Source of the DNA: Patescibacteria group bacterium
GTDB taxonomy: Bacteria > Patescibacteriota > Minisyncoccia > Phycocordibacterales > JAKAEA01
Reading direction: 5' to 3'
Assembly: GCA_040387855.1 (NCBI GenBank)
Contig: JAZKCY010000001.1
Coordinates: 189,857 to 253,856 of the forward strand
DNA length: 64,000 nucleotides
The position numbers were made by a program, and so were the translations under genes. Below the pieces are notes generated by a model. That model searched no databases. It saw nothing but the letters and a program-made list of their open reading frames with translations, and had not been told where the DNA came from. Shown piece by piece: positions 18,772 to 27,341 of the stretch; positions within the stretch are counted from its first letter, which is position 1; every line of letters starts with the position of its first letter.

Positions 18772-18787
18772 GTTGTGGCCACGGTGA

Positions 18788-18964
18788 AGGTTATATGTCG
18801 CAGCAGTCCTTTACCCACTACATAGTGATCATCTATCTGGATCAAGTATTGTATCAAATGTTTCAGGAAGTATTGAAGAACTTTCAGATTATTATCCATA
18901 CGGAGCTATGAGAATTAGTGATCAGTCTGGATCATTTACTGACCTAAGAAAATATGTATTTTAA
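18788..18964 (+). pseudogene. orphan RHS core remnant (displaced C-terminal fragment)
   Basis: Translates to ...LHSDHLSGSSIVSNVSGSIEELSDYYPYGAMRISDQSGSFTDLRKYVF*, homologous to the HTDHLSGSNVITNSSGILEQLTDYYPYGNVRLDE core of the full-length gene. No start codon, and it ends before a DPxG motif. Confidence 0.6.
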
Positions 18965-18984
18965 TTTCATTAATAAAACATATT

Positions 18985-19431
18985 ATGCATCCATACGAAT
19001 ATAATTTAAGTTTCAGTCTTGTACATCCAAAGAAGAAATTAAGTGAGTTATATAATAGAATTAGTGAAGTTTCTGGATTTTATCCTCGACGAATTTGGAC
19101 TGCAGGAGATAAACGAAAGACCCAATCGGGAGAAGATCTGGAAGGAACATACAAAGAATCATACTGTTATTTTGCTCTAAATAATTCTTTATTAAAAAGT
19201 TCAGAAATTCGTTTGGAAAATAGTCTTGAAGAAGTCTTAGAGAAGCTTTCAGTTTTGAAAAGAGAATTCAAAGAATTTGTTGACGAGGATGGAGTTTTAG
19301 AAATAACCGTTGGGTTTTACGTTGATTCAAATTCTGCTGGAATATTTCATTTTGAATTACTTAGAAAATTCTGTGATTTAGGAATTGGCTTAACTCTTGA
19401 TGTATACTCTTCAGTTAATGAGATGAAATAA
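18985..19431 (+). CDS. hypothetical small protein, candidate orphan immunity protein
   Basis: 148 aa immediately downstream of the RHS core remnant. Acidic, with no TM; the size and context fit an immunity-gene array. Confidence 0.4.
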   Translation: MHPYEYNLSFSLVHPKKKLSELYNRISEVSGFYPRRIWTAGDKRKTQSGEDLEGTYKESYCYFALNNSLLKSSEIRLENSLEEVLEKLSVLKREFKEFVDEDGVLEITVGFYVDSNSAGIFHFELLRKFCDLGIGLTLDVYSSVNEMK

Positions 19432-19434
19432 TTC

Positions 19435-20004
19435 ATGAAATACAAAGTTGAAAGACCCCCATTAACAGGAAACTTTTTCTTGCCTTCAAAAGAAAGTTTA
19501 GTTGAACTTAAACCAGGCAATCTTGTCAAAATTATGATTAGACATGAAGAAGAAGGAGTAGAAAGAATGTGGGTAAAAATAATACAACAGCAAGATATTT
19601 CAGAATGGACTGGGGTTTTAGATAATGATCCTGTAGGTGAAAAAATGAGTGGATTGTTAAAAGCAGGAGATATAGTAATATTTCATCCTCTGGATATCAT
19701 TCAGATCTGGGATGATAAAAAAATTACAAACTGGGAATTTAAAGAAGCAATAAATGCCAGAGTGTTTACTACTCCAGAAATAGCTTCGGGTATAAAACCT
19801 GTTTTATTTGCAATACATGAATTAGATGGCGATTGGCAGTTTTTGCCATCTGAAAAAACTGAGGATAAAAACGCAATTTTTATCCCTTTGAGGTACTTAA
19901 TTGAAAATGATAATACTTTGTCTGAATTGGGTAATCTACCTGTGGGATGGCACGCAAAACGAAAAAGTATTGAGGATTCGTGGATTAGAGAAAGTGAAAA
20001 ATAA
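19435..20004 (+). CDS. DUF2314(YegJ)-like protein, candidate immunity protein
   Basis: 189 aa with ERMWVKI...GVLDNDP, resembling the ERMWVxV...GxLxNxP pattern of DUF2314 proteins that recur in polymorphic-toxin immunity arrays. The start is 3 nt after the previous stop. Confidence 0.45.
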   Translation: MKYKVERPPLTGNFFLPSKESLVELKPGNLVKIMIRHEEEGVERMWVKIIQQQDISEWTGVLDNDPVGEKMSGLLKAGDIVIFHPLDIIQIWDDKKITNWEFKEAINARVFTTPEIASGIKPVLFAIHELDGDWQFLPSEKTEDKNAIFIPLRYLIENDNTLSELGNLPVGWHAKRKSIEDSWIRESEK

Positions 20005-20119
20005 CCTTAACTATATATTTAAATTTTTTATTGCATTAATAAGCGAAAAATTTGACTTGACCCTAATTACTACCTCACATTCAGGTAGACCAAATCCTTA
20101 ATAATAATAATTAACTGAT

Positions 20120-20425
20120 ATGTATATTAAAAAACAATTAGAGGACGGTGGAAATAAAATAATATGGAAAGGCAATGTGTCTTTTCCTGAAAAAATGATT
20201 AATATAATAAGTAAAATAGATACTCGAATTTATCCATTATTAAAAGGGATCGCATCTTACGAGGATACTTATTTTAATTCACAACAGACAAAGGATCTCA
20301 TTGAAGAACTTCAATCGTTTAAAGATTCACTTACTGATGAAAAGGATAAAGAGGAAATAGAAAGCTTAGTAAAATTCGCTAAGGATATAGATATGCAGGA
20401 ACATTTGGTTTTTGTAGGTGATTAA
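20120..20425 (+). CDS. hypothetical small acidic protein (immunity-like)
   Basis: 101 aa located within the immunity-like gene run. Confidence 0.35.
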   Translation: MYIKKQLEDGGNKIIWKGNVSFPEKMINIISKIDTRIYPLLKGIASYEDTYFNSQQTKDLIEELQSFKDSLTDEKDKEEIESLVKFAKDIDMQEHLVFVGD

Positions 20426-20545
20426 ATGCTGTCTAGGTGTTGACCCATTAATTTAAGGGAGGTTGTGCATAAAAATAAATGGCAAATTGTAGAAAAATCT
20501 AATTTGTAAACATACTCTTTTCTATTAGTTTGCTAGAATAAAGTT

Positions 20546-21064
20546 ATGGCAACATTGCGTCAAAAATTGGCTTTTAATAAAACCATTGAAAATCAGGGAA
20601 ATGTTAGTAAAGCTATGAAAGAAGCTGGTTATTCCAGGAGTCACGCTCATAATCCACAATCACTGGTTAAGAGTAAAGGTTTTCAGCAGATGCTTCAAAA
20701 TTATATTCCAGAGCAACGAATTCTTGAGAAAGTTAGTGAGTTGTTTGAAAGGGGAGAAATAGTAAGTCGGACATTTCCTTCAATCCTTGGTTTAGATACC
20801 GTTAAGAAAATGTTTGAAAAGGCAGGATTGACCATTTTAAATTTACGAGAAGTAGGGGATCAAAAAAATGAAATAGAAGTATATTTCATTCAGCCAGATG
20901 CTACATCACAAGATAAGGCTCTCGAAAAATCAATTAAATTGCATGGTTTATATGAGACAGATCATACACATGGGGCTAATGCTAAAGGATTGTCACTTAT
21001 AAGTCTTTTTGAAAAGGTAGAAGAAAGAAGAGCAAATAGGGCAATGAAGAATAAGATTCAATAA
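20546..21064 (+). CDS. phage terminase small subunit-like HTH protein
   Basis: The N-terminus LRQKLAFNKTIENQGNVSKAMKEAGYSRSHAHNPQSLVKSKGFQQML matches the LxxKQxxFxxxYxxxGNxxxAxxxAGYS...A...LLK pattern of phage terminase small subunits. Confidence 0.45.
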   Translation: MATLRQKLAFNKTIENQGNVSKAMKEAGYSRSHAHNPQSLVKSKGFQQMLQNYIPEQRILEKVSELFERGEIVSRTFPSILGLDTVKKMFEKAGLTILNLREVGDQKNEIEVYFIQPDATSQDKALEKSIKLHGLYETDHTHGANAKGLSLISLFEKVEERRANRAMKNKIQ

Positions 21065-21720
21065 GTCTTTATTTGAAAGTAAGAAGTATTATTTAGTTGT
21101 TTAGACACTAGTTCTAATTTTTTTATATGCTCTAATGGGCGCTTGAGGTCCTGACCCTGTGAAATCAGGTTTTCGTAATTTTCTGCTAGCTTATTACCGA
21201 ACACACCGTCTCCAAAAATATCATAGTCTTGTTTAATAAACTTACCCAATCCAAATGGAAAGACTGCATCAAGTTTAGTTGTACCAAAACCTACTGGTAA
21301 GCGACTATGAATATCGTGAAATGGACTAAAGCTGTATCCTTTTGGAATTTTAACTGATCGTCTCGGGTGATATGGATGGAAGTAGAGGATATCCCAGCTT
21401 TTGCCATCAAAGGATACAGTTTCAAATACATCAATAGGATTTGCTATTGCACCTATAGTTACTGATCCAATCCTATGAAATAGTAACGCTGAATTATTTT
21501 TCGTTCTAAGTCTACCAATATATTTAATTTCACCAATAGGTCCATTAACAGGTATAGGATTGGATGCCATTAATCCAAATGAACCATTAGCTCCTTTAAC
21601 TTCGTCACAAACTTCTCCTTCTAGACATATTTTAGAAAACTGTTCAGGAAATTTAAGTAGATCAGCTTTTTGTTCTAGTAAGGACTCATCTTTGATGACT
21701 TTTTTAAAAAGGTTGAACAT
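21058..21720 (-). CDS. hypothetical protein (220 aa)
   Basis: Long ORF with no recognisable motif. It abuts the upstream 101-aa ORF with zero spacing (coupled pair). Confidence 0.45.
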   Translation of the reverse strand: MFNLFKKVIKDESLLEQKADLLKFPEQFSKICLEGEVCDEVKGANGSFGLMASNPIPVNGPIGEIKYIGRLRTKNNSALLFHRIGSVTIGAIANPIDVFETVSFDGKSWDILYFHPYHPRRSVKIPKGYSFSPFHDIHSRLPVGFGTTKLDAVFPFGLGKFIKQDYDIFGDGVFGNKLAENYENLISQGQDLKRPLEHIKKLELVSKQLNNTSYFQIKTY

Positions 21721-22026
21721 TTATTTAATTCCAAACGCATAACCAGCTACAAGTATTATAAGTATTACAAAAATGAGAGTGCTTAACCAGAAGCCCCCCC
21801 AGAAAGCACTTCTTGCATTGGTATACTCAGCCCAGAATGCCATTTCAAACTTCTTGATATTATTTGCTAAAATGAATTCTTCTAAATCCATGTGACTCAT
21901 TTTTCTGAATGAAATCCCTGGATGTTTTATGTGTACACCTTTCTCTACAAGGGTATCAAGTGAAGTCCCAAAGTGAATCCTTGGTCCCGTAAGCTCATTT
22001 ATGATCTTTTGTAAGTCAGGAGGCAT
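21721..22026 (-). CDS. hypothetical protein with a C-terminal transmembrane anchor
   Basis: 101 aa with a C-terminal hydrophobic helix (FWGGFWLSTLIFVILIILVAGYAFGIK). It is the first gene of a two-gene minus-strand cassette. Confidence 0.4.
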   Translation of the reverse strand: MPPDLQKIINELTGPRIHFGTSLDTLVEKGVHIKHPGISFRKMSHMDLEEFILANNIKKFEMAFWAEYTNARSAFWGGFWLSTLIFVILIILVAGYAFGIK

Positions 22027-22126
22027 GTTGATGACTATAAGTATCTATACTCCTACTCTACCACAATTATAATGATACTTATAGTCCGTCGCCTTAAAGT
22101 CATCATCACAATACCCTTAAGGTATT

Positions 22127-22351
22127 ATGATCCCTAAAAACAGCGCTATCTTAAAAAAGTTTGGAGAACGCGTGAGAGATATACGGTTACGAAAAGGAAT
22201 ATCTTCACAGATGACTTTTGCTAATAAAGCTGGACTAGATCGAACCTATATTGGAGGAGTGGAAAGAGGTGAACGAAATGTATCTTTAATCAATATTGAA
22301 AAGATTGCAAAAACTCTTAATGTTAATATTGAAGACTTGTTTAAGTTTTAG
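22127..22351 (+). CDS. XRE-family (Cro/CI-type) HTH transcriptional regulator
   Basis: 74 aa with the HTH_XRE pattern RLRKGISSQMTFANKAGLDRTYIGGVERGERNVSLINIEKIAKTL. Confidence 0.75.
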   Translation: MIPKNSAILKKFGERVRDIRLRKGISSQMTFANKAGLDRTYIGGVERGERNVSLINIEKIAKTLNVNIEDLFKF

Positions 22352-22522
22352 AGAGAATGGAATTATACACATAGTATCAACACATGTTCTTTGACATGAA
22401 ACAGGTTGTTGATACTATATAAATATAACTAAATAGAAAAAAGCTCAGTGAGATGGCTTTCCAGGTTACATAAAAACATGTAACAAGAAAGTTTATCGCT
22501 GGGCTTTTTTTGTGGAAAAAAT

Positions 22523-23470
22523 ATGAAAGAAAATATTTCGGAATTATTTAAAAAATTTATTGAGGACTGTAGGTATATTAAACGGCTTCGTCCAGAAACT
22601 ATTCGTACTTACTCTGAGGCATTTAAAACTTTTATAAAAGTTATGCCAGAAGTGGTCAATGTTAAGTTGCTTACTCGTGAGATGCTAACTCTCTACTTCA
22701 AAAGACTTGAAACAAGAGGGAGAAAGGTTGGAAAAGATACTATTAAAATTGGTGTAAAGGACTCAACAATTAAAACCTATCAGAATAGATTAAATGTGTT
22801 TTTCACATGGCTTGTAAATATGCAACATATAGAAACCAATCCATTTATTGGGATGAAGTTTCCTAATCCAGTATACGAAGATAGTAGAGCATTAGAGCAA
22901 GATAGTATTGATAAAATATTTGCTGCTGTGGCGTTACACTCAATAAATTCACTAATCCATAAGCGAGACATAGCAATACTAAGTCTACTTATGTTCTGTG
23001 GTTTGAGAAGAAATGAGCTTATCTCACTTCAAGTTAATGATGTTGATTTTGAAAATTCAATGTTAGTCATTAAAGGTGAGACATCGAAATCTAAAAAAAC
23101 GCATTCTGTCCCATTACATCCAACTCTAGGAATGCATTTAAAGGATTACTTAAAAGAACGTTGCAAAAAAGAGTATAAAACTCAATATTTAATCATCTCT
23201 ACAAATAGAGATCGAGGATTAAGTAGCGATGGATTGAAACATTGGGTAAAAAGGCTGGTTAAATTATCTGGTGTAAAATTTCATCTCCATAAATTTCGAC
23301 ATACCTTTGCCTGTAACCTAGCTAAAAATAATGTAAGCGTATTCAACATTCAAACGTTGATGGGGCATAAAGATTATAAGATGACGTTATCATATTTGAG
23401 ATCAGTGAAAACTAAGGATCTTAGAGACGAGATTAATAGGTTATACAGTAATGTTGATAATTTTCACTAA
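22523..23470 (+). CDS. tyrosine site-specific integrase (second copy, distinct sequence)
   Basis: HKFRHTFACNLA and GHKDYKMTLSYL catalytic motifs, plus an N-terminal core-binding domain. It lies 190 nt upstream of the partial tRNA repeat. Confidence 0.85.
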   Translation: MKENISELFKKFIEDCRYIKRLRPETIRTYSEAFKTFIKVMPEVVNVKLLTREMLTLYFKRLETRGRKVGKDTIKIGVKDSTIKTYQNRLNVFFTWLVNMQHIETNPFIGMKFPNPVYEDSRALEQDSIDKIFAAVALHSINSLIHKRDIAILSLLMFCGLRRNELISLQVNDVDFENSMLVIKGETSKSKKTHSVPLHPTLGMHLKDYLKERCKKEYKTQYLIISTNRDRGLSSDGLKHWVKRLVKLSGVKFHLHKFRHTFACNLAKNNVSVFNIQTLMGHKDYKMTLSYLRSVKTKDLRDEINRLYSNVDNFH

Positions 23471-23659
23471 ATCTGTCACTATGATGGAAGTCAGCTATTA
23501 TTATCAAATATTGGTTGCAGTGAGTCTCTCAGGAGATTTTTATTTTGAGTTAAAACCTGTAATAAACAGGTCCTCACAACAGTATAGATTTAATGAACTA
23601 AATCGAAATTCTAGCTCTAAAAATATAGCCTTGTAATGGTTTAGACCTCTACCTATTTA

Positions 23660-23701
23660 TTGGTAATGACGAGGTCACCGGTTCAATCCCGGTCAACGGC
23701 T
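23660..23701 (+). repeat. partial tRNA-Thr 3' segment (anticodon loop through acceptor), the attR-like direct repeat
   Basis: TTGGTAATGACGAGGTC-ACCGG-TTCAATC-CCGGT-CAACGGC-T is intronless and has compensatory T-stem changes relative to 6873-6909. There is no 5' half upstream. Confidence 0.65.
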
Positions 23702-23733
23702 CCCGTAATTAATTTTAACGAACTATTAAATAT

Positions 23734-24633
23734 ATGGAACCAAATATTTTACCAGGATCATGGTCACTTATTAAAAAAGCCTGGGCAGAAGTTAAAGTAC
23801 GATACTCATATATATTCCCTGTACTCGGGATTATGTTTATTGCTCAGTCATTGCCACTTGTTATCGCTTCAAAAATGATTGATGAGGCAGTTTTCCAACT
23901 TGATCAATATGGCAGTCTAACAACTCAATATTTGATTATTATCGCAATTGTTCTCGTGACTAGTATCGTTTCATTTATCTCAACTATAGTGTTGATGACC
24001 CTAATCTCAAAGAAGGAAACCGAAGTGCTCACACTACGAGAGCTGTATTCTAATGCTGTCCGATTAGCAATTCCTTATGCGTGGGTTTCAATTCTTATTG
24101 CATTAGCTATTGTGCCTGGTTTGGTGCTTCTTATTGTTCCAGGAATATTGCTTACTCTATTAGTAAGCTTTGCAGGCTTTGCTCTTATTATTGATAATGA
24201 CCGTGGGTTATCTGCACTTACACGAAGTTGGTTTTATGTAAAAAATAACTTCAAACTCGTTATTTGGCGATTTCTAGGATTCGTTCTTTTCGCAATCATA
24301 ATTACAATCGTTATTGCAATAATAGAATCTATCGTTGGGATTTCAATGTATGGATCTGCAGAATATCTTAAAATGATTGATGATCAAACCACTCCAATTA
24401 CATCTACTATAATAAATAATATTGTTCAGACATTTGTACTTACCCCAATTGGTCTTATGTACTTCTGGTATCTCTATGAATTTATGAAGATTAAAGAAGG
24501 CCCTGTGGTAAATCCTGAAGAAGCTATCCTAATCAGAAAGCGAATTACTATCTTAACAATCGTCGGAGCACTAATTACTATTGCATTAGTTATCGCTTTT
24601 GGATATTTTTTCTTTACGGTAACTCCTCTATAA
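23734..24633 (+). CDS. hypothetical polytopic membrane protein
   Basis: 299 aa with multiple hydrophobic helices. Confidence 0.5.
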   Translation: MEPNILPGSWSLIKKAWAEVKVRYSYIFPVLGIMFIAQSLPLVIASKMIDEAVFQLDQYGSLTTQYLIIIAIVLVTSIVSFISTIVLMTLISKKETEVLTLRELYSNAVRLAIPYAWVSILIALAIVPGLVLLIVPGILLTLLVSFAGFALIIDNDRGLSALTRSWFYVKNNFKLVIWRFLGFVLFAIIITIVIAIIESIVGISMYGSAEYLKMIDDQTTPITSTIINNIVQTFVLTPIGLMYFWYLYEFMKIKEGPVVNPEEAILIRKRITILTIVGALITIALVIAFGYFFFTVTPL

Positions 24634-24661
24634 TGGCTTCTCCTCGATAAGAGGAGAGTAC

Positions 24662-24737
24662 GCCACCTTAGCTCAGTTGGTAGAGCAATGCTTTCGTAAA
24701 GCAGAGGTCCCGAGTTCGATTCTCGGAGGTGGCTCCA
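24662..24737 (+). tRNA. tRNA-Thr (CGT), CCA encoded
   Basis: GCCACCT acceptor, D-arm GCTCAGTTGGTAGAGC, anticodon stem ATGCT/AGCAG, loop TTCGTAA, T-arm CCGAG-TTCGATT-CTCGG, 3' AGGTGGC-T-CCA. Confidence 0.8.
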
Positions 24738-24749
24738 GTTTGATATACT

Positions 24750-25631
24750 ATGGATATGGACAAAGAAGCTATTGATGCACGCATACTAGAGATTGAAAAT
24801 GCCATGTCTGAAGCTGATTTTTGGGCTGACAAAGATAAAGCACAAGCAGCTATTCGTGAACTTCAAGATTTAAAAGAACAAAAAGAAGGTGTTGGTAAAT
24901 ATGATCGAGGCAACGCAGTCATAAATATTCTTGCTGGGGCAGGAGGGGATGATGCAGAAGATTTTTCTTCTATGCTTTTTGATATGTATCGAAAGTATAT
25001 AGATAATCAAGGATGGCAGGCATCTATAGTTCATGAAAATCGAAACGATCATGGCGGGTTCCGAAATATTAGTTTTGAAGTCCAAGGTAAAAATGCCTAT
25101 GGCACATTAAAGAACGAATCGGGAGTTCACAGACTCGTCCGAATTTCTCCATTTAATGCAAAACAAATGCGACATACGTCTTTTTCACTTGTTGAGGTGA
25201 TTCCAAAATTTGAGAAAGTAGCAGAAACCGAAATTCCACCTGATCAAATCAGAATAGAACTTTCAAAAGCCGGTGGCCCAGGAGGACAAAATGTAAACAA
25301 ACGAGAGACAGCGGTACGTATTGTGCATATTCCTACAAATATTTCTGTGCATGTAACATCAGAACGATCTCAAGCTCAGAATAAAGAAAAAGCATTTGCC
25401 TTGCTTAAGGGGAAGCTCTACAAGAAACAAGAAGATGATGAAAAGAAAAAAGCAGCTGGACTTTCAATTAGCTCAACAACAGACATTGAATGGGGTAGTC
25501 AGATCCGTTCATATGTTCTTCATCCATACAAAATGGTAAAGGATCATCGTACTGATGTGACCGTCCATGATGCCGACAAAGTATTGAATGGTGCGCTTGA
25601 TGAGTTTATTGATGCCGAACGAGCGCTCTAA
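24750..25631 (+). CDS. prfB: peptide chain release factor 2
   Basis: SPF tripeptide (RISPFNAKQ) and GGQ motif (GGPGGQNVNK). It is a single ORF with no programmed frameshift visible. Confidence 0.85.
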   Translation: MDMDKEAIDARILEIENAMSEADFWADKDKAQAAIRELQDLKEQKEGVGKYDRGNAVINILAGAGGDDAEDFSSMLFDMYRKYIDNQGWQASIVHENRNDHGGFRNISFEVQGKNAYGTLKNESGVHRLVRISPFNAKQMRHTSFSLVEVIPKFEKVAETEIPPDQIRIELSKAGGPGGQNVNKRETAVRIVHIPTNISVHVTSERSQAQNKEKAFALLKGKLYKKQEDDEKKKAAGLSISSTTDIEWGSQIRSYVLHPYKMVKDHRTDVTVHDADKVLNGALDEFIDAERAL

Positions 25632-25689
25632 ACAATAAGATTATAGAGGTTGCATTTGTAGCTCAAGATACTACAATAGATAGAGCATT

Positions 25690-26370
25690 ATGATTTACTT
25701 CGACAATGTTTCAAAAGTATATACTGACGATTCAATAGCACTTGAAGATATCAGTTTTACCATCGAACCCAATGAATTCGTCTCAATAGTGGGACACTCA
25801 GGAGCAGGAAAAACTACCTTGCTTAAAATGTTATTAGCTGAAGAACGACCTTCTGATGGGAAGGTGTATTTTCAGTCAACCGACATTCATACACTCAGTA
25901 AAAATCAGATCAACCATTTTCGTCGAAAGATTGGAGCTGTGTTTCAGGATTTTCGCTTGCTTCCAAATAAAACAGCATATGAAAATATTGCTTTTGCTAT
26001 GGAAGTAGCAGGTAAGAGCGACGAAGAAATTGCTTCAGATGTACCACATGTTCTCGAACTCGTTGATCTTGGTAAAAAAATGTGGAATTTCCCTGGCCAG
26101 CTTTCTGGAGGGGAAAAGCAGCGAGTTGCAATTGCACGAGCAATTGTAAATCATCCTGATATAATTATCGCTGATGAGCCAACAGGAAATCTTGATCCAA
26201 TTAATACCTATGAGATTGTCCAGATTTTAAAGAAGATCAATGATTTAGGTACTACCGTAATTCTGACTACGCACAATAAAGGTGTTATTGATGCATTAAA
26301 CCGCCGTGTGATAACCATAGAAAATGGAAGAATTACTCGTGATGATAAAGAAGGACGATATATCCTATAA
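25690..26370 (+). CDS. ftsE: cell-division ABC ATPase FtsE
   Basis: Walker A GHSGAGKTT, signature LSGGEKQRVAIARA, Walker B IIIADEPTGNLD; followed by ftsX. Confidence 0.85.
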   Translation: MIYFDNVSKVYTDDSIALEDISFTIEPNEFVSIVGHSGAGKTTLLKMLLAEERPSDGKVYFQSTDIHTLSKNQINHFRRKIGAVFQDFRLLPNKTAYENIAFAMEVAGKSDEEIASDVPHVLELVDLGKKMWNFPGQLSGGEKQRVAIARAIVNHPDIIIADEPTGNLDPINTYEIVQILKKINDLGTTVILTTHNKGVIDALNRRVITIENGRITRDDKEGRYIL

Positions 26371-26382
26371 TTCAAATTTATA

Positions 26383-27309
26383 ATGTTGTGGACAAATACT
26401 AAACGTGTAATAAGAGCTGGGTTTGTTAATTTCTGGAGAAATGGGTTTGTTTCTCTTGCTTCAGTACTCGTAATGACTATTACGCTTTTTGTGCTTGGCT
26501 CTATTGTATTTATGAGTGCTCTATTAAATTCTGCACTTATCCAAATTAAAGATAAAGTTGATATCAACGTGTACTTTGTAACTACAGCAAAAGAAAGCGA
26601 TATCTTGGCAATTCAGGATTCTCTTAAAACTCTTCCTGAAGTTGCACAAGTAAATTACTCTTCACGAGAGCAGGAGTTGGCAAACTTCAAAAAGAAGCAT
26701 GAAAACGATCAGTTTACACTTCAGGCGCTTGAAGAACTTAAGGATAACCCATTGGGCGCAGTTTTGAATGTGAAGGCAAGAGAACCATCTCAGTATTCTG
26801 GAATCGTTACTTTTTTAGAAAAGAGTAGTGTGTCTGCACTAGATGGTACTCCAATAGTTGATGATGTTAACTACAATGAAAATAAAGTAGCTATTGATAC
26901 ACTTACTAAGATTATTGAATCAGGTCAACGATTAGGATTCTTTATTATGATCTTGCTTGTGGTCATGTCTATTATGATTACCTTCAACACTATTCGATTG
27001 GCTATCTATATTTCTCGAGAAGAAATTGCTGTTATGCGATTGGTGGGTGCTAGTTCAAAATATGTACGAGGTCCATTTGTTATCATTGGTATTATGTACG
27101 GAATGTTCTCAGCAATTATTGCTGGAGCAATCTTTTTTCCAGCAACATACTATTTAGGTAGAGCAACAGAAAACTTCTTCACAGGAATAAATGTGTACAA
27201 CTATTATGTTACAAACTTTGGTCAAGTGTTTGTGATGTTGTTGGTAGCTGGAATTGTTATTGGGGCAGTATCAAGTTATTTGGCCGTACGAAGATATTTA
27301 AGAGTCTAA
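26383..27309 (+). CDS. ftsX: cell-division permease-like protein FtsX
   Basis: 308 aa with an N-terminal TM, a large periplasmic loop and three C-terminal TMs; immediately downstream of ftsE. Confidence 0.8.
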   Translation: MLWTNTKRVIRAGFVNFWRNGFVSLASVLVMTITLFVLGSIVFMSALLNSALIQIKDKVDINVYFVTTAKESDILAIQDSLKTLPEVAQVNYSSREQELANFKKKHENDQFTLQALEELKDNPLGAVLNVKAREPSQYSGIVTFLEKSSVSALDGTPIVDDVNYNENKVAIDTLTKIIESGQRLGFFIMILLVVMSIMITFNTIRLAIYISREEIAVMRLVGASSKYVRGPFVIIGIMYGMFSAIIAGAIFFPATYYLGRATENFFTGINVYNYYVTNFGQVFVMLLVAGIVIGAVSSYLAVRRYLRV

Positions 27310-27341
27310 TAGATAATCACAAAAGATAACCATACGTCAGC

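Larger units (their letters stand above)
6873..23701 (+). mobile_element. ~16.8 kb integrative genomic island at tRNA-Thr(GGT), possibly two tandem modules, with RHS toxin/immunity cargo
   Basis: An imperfect direct repeat of the tRNA anticodon-loop-to-3' segment lies at 6873-6909 and 23660-23701 (AATGACGAGGTC core identical). Tyrosine integrases sit at both ends, and the cargo is accessory-type: RHS, Fic, XRE and a terminase-small-like gene. Confidence 0.6.

Noticed and set aside
24737-24760. A search for the RF2 programmed frameshift site upstream of prfB
   Set aside because: The region upstream of the ATG at 24750 is occupied by tRNA-Thr(CGT). There is no short leader ORF ending in UGA, so no frameshift is called.
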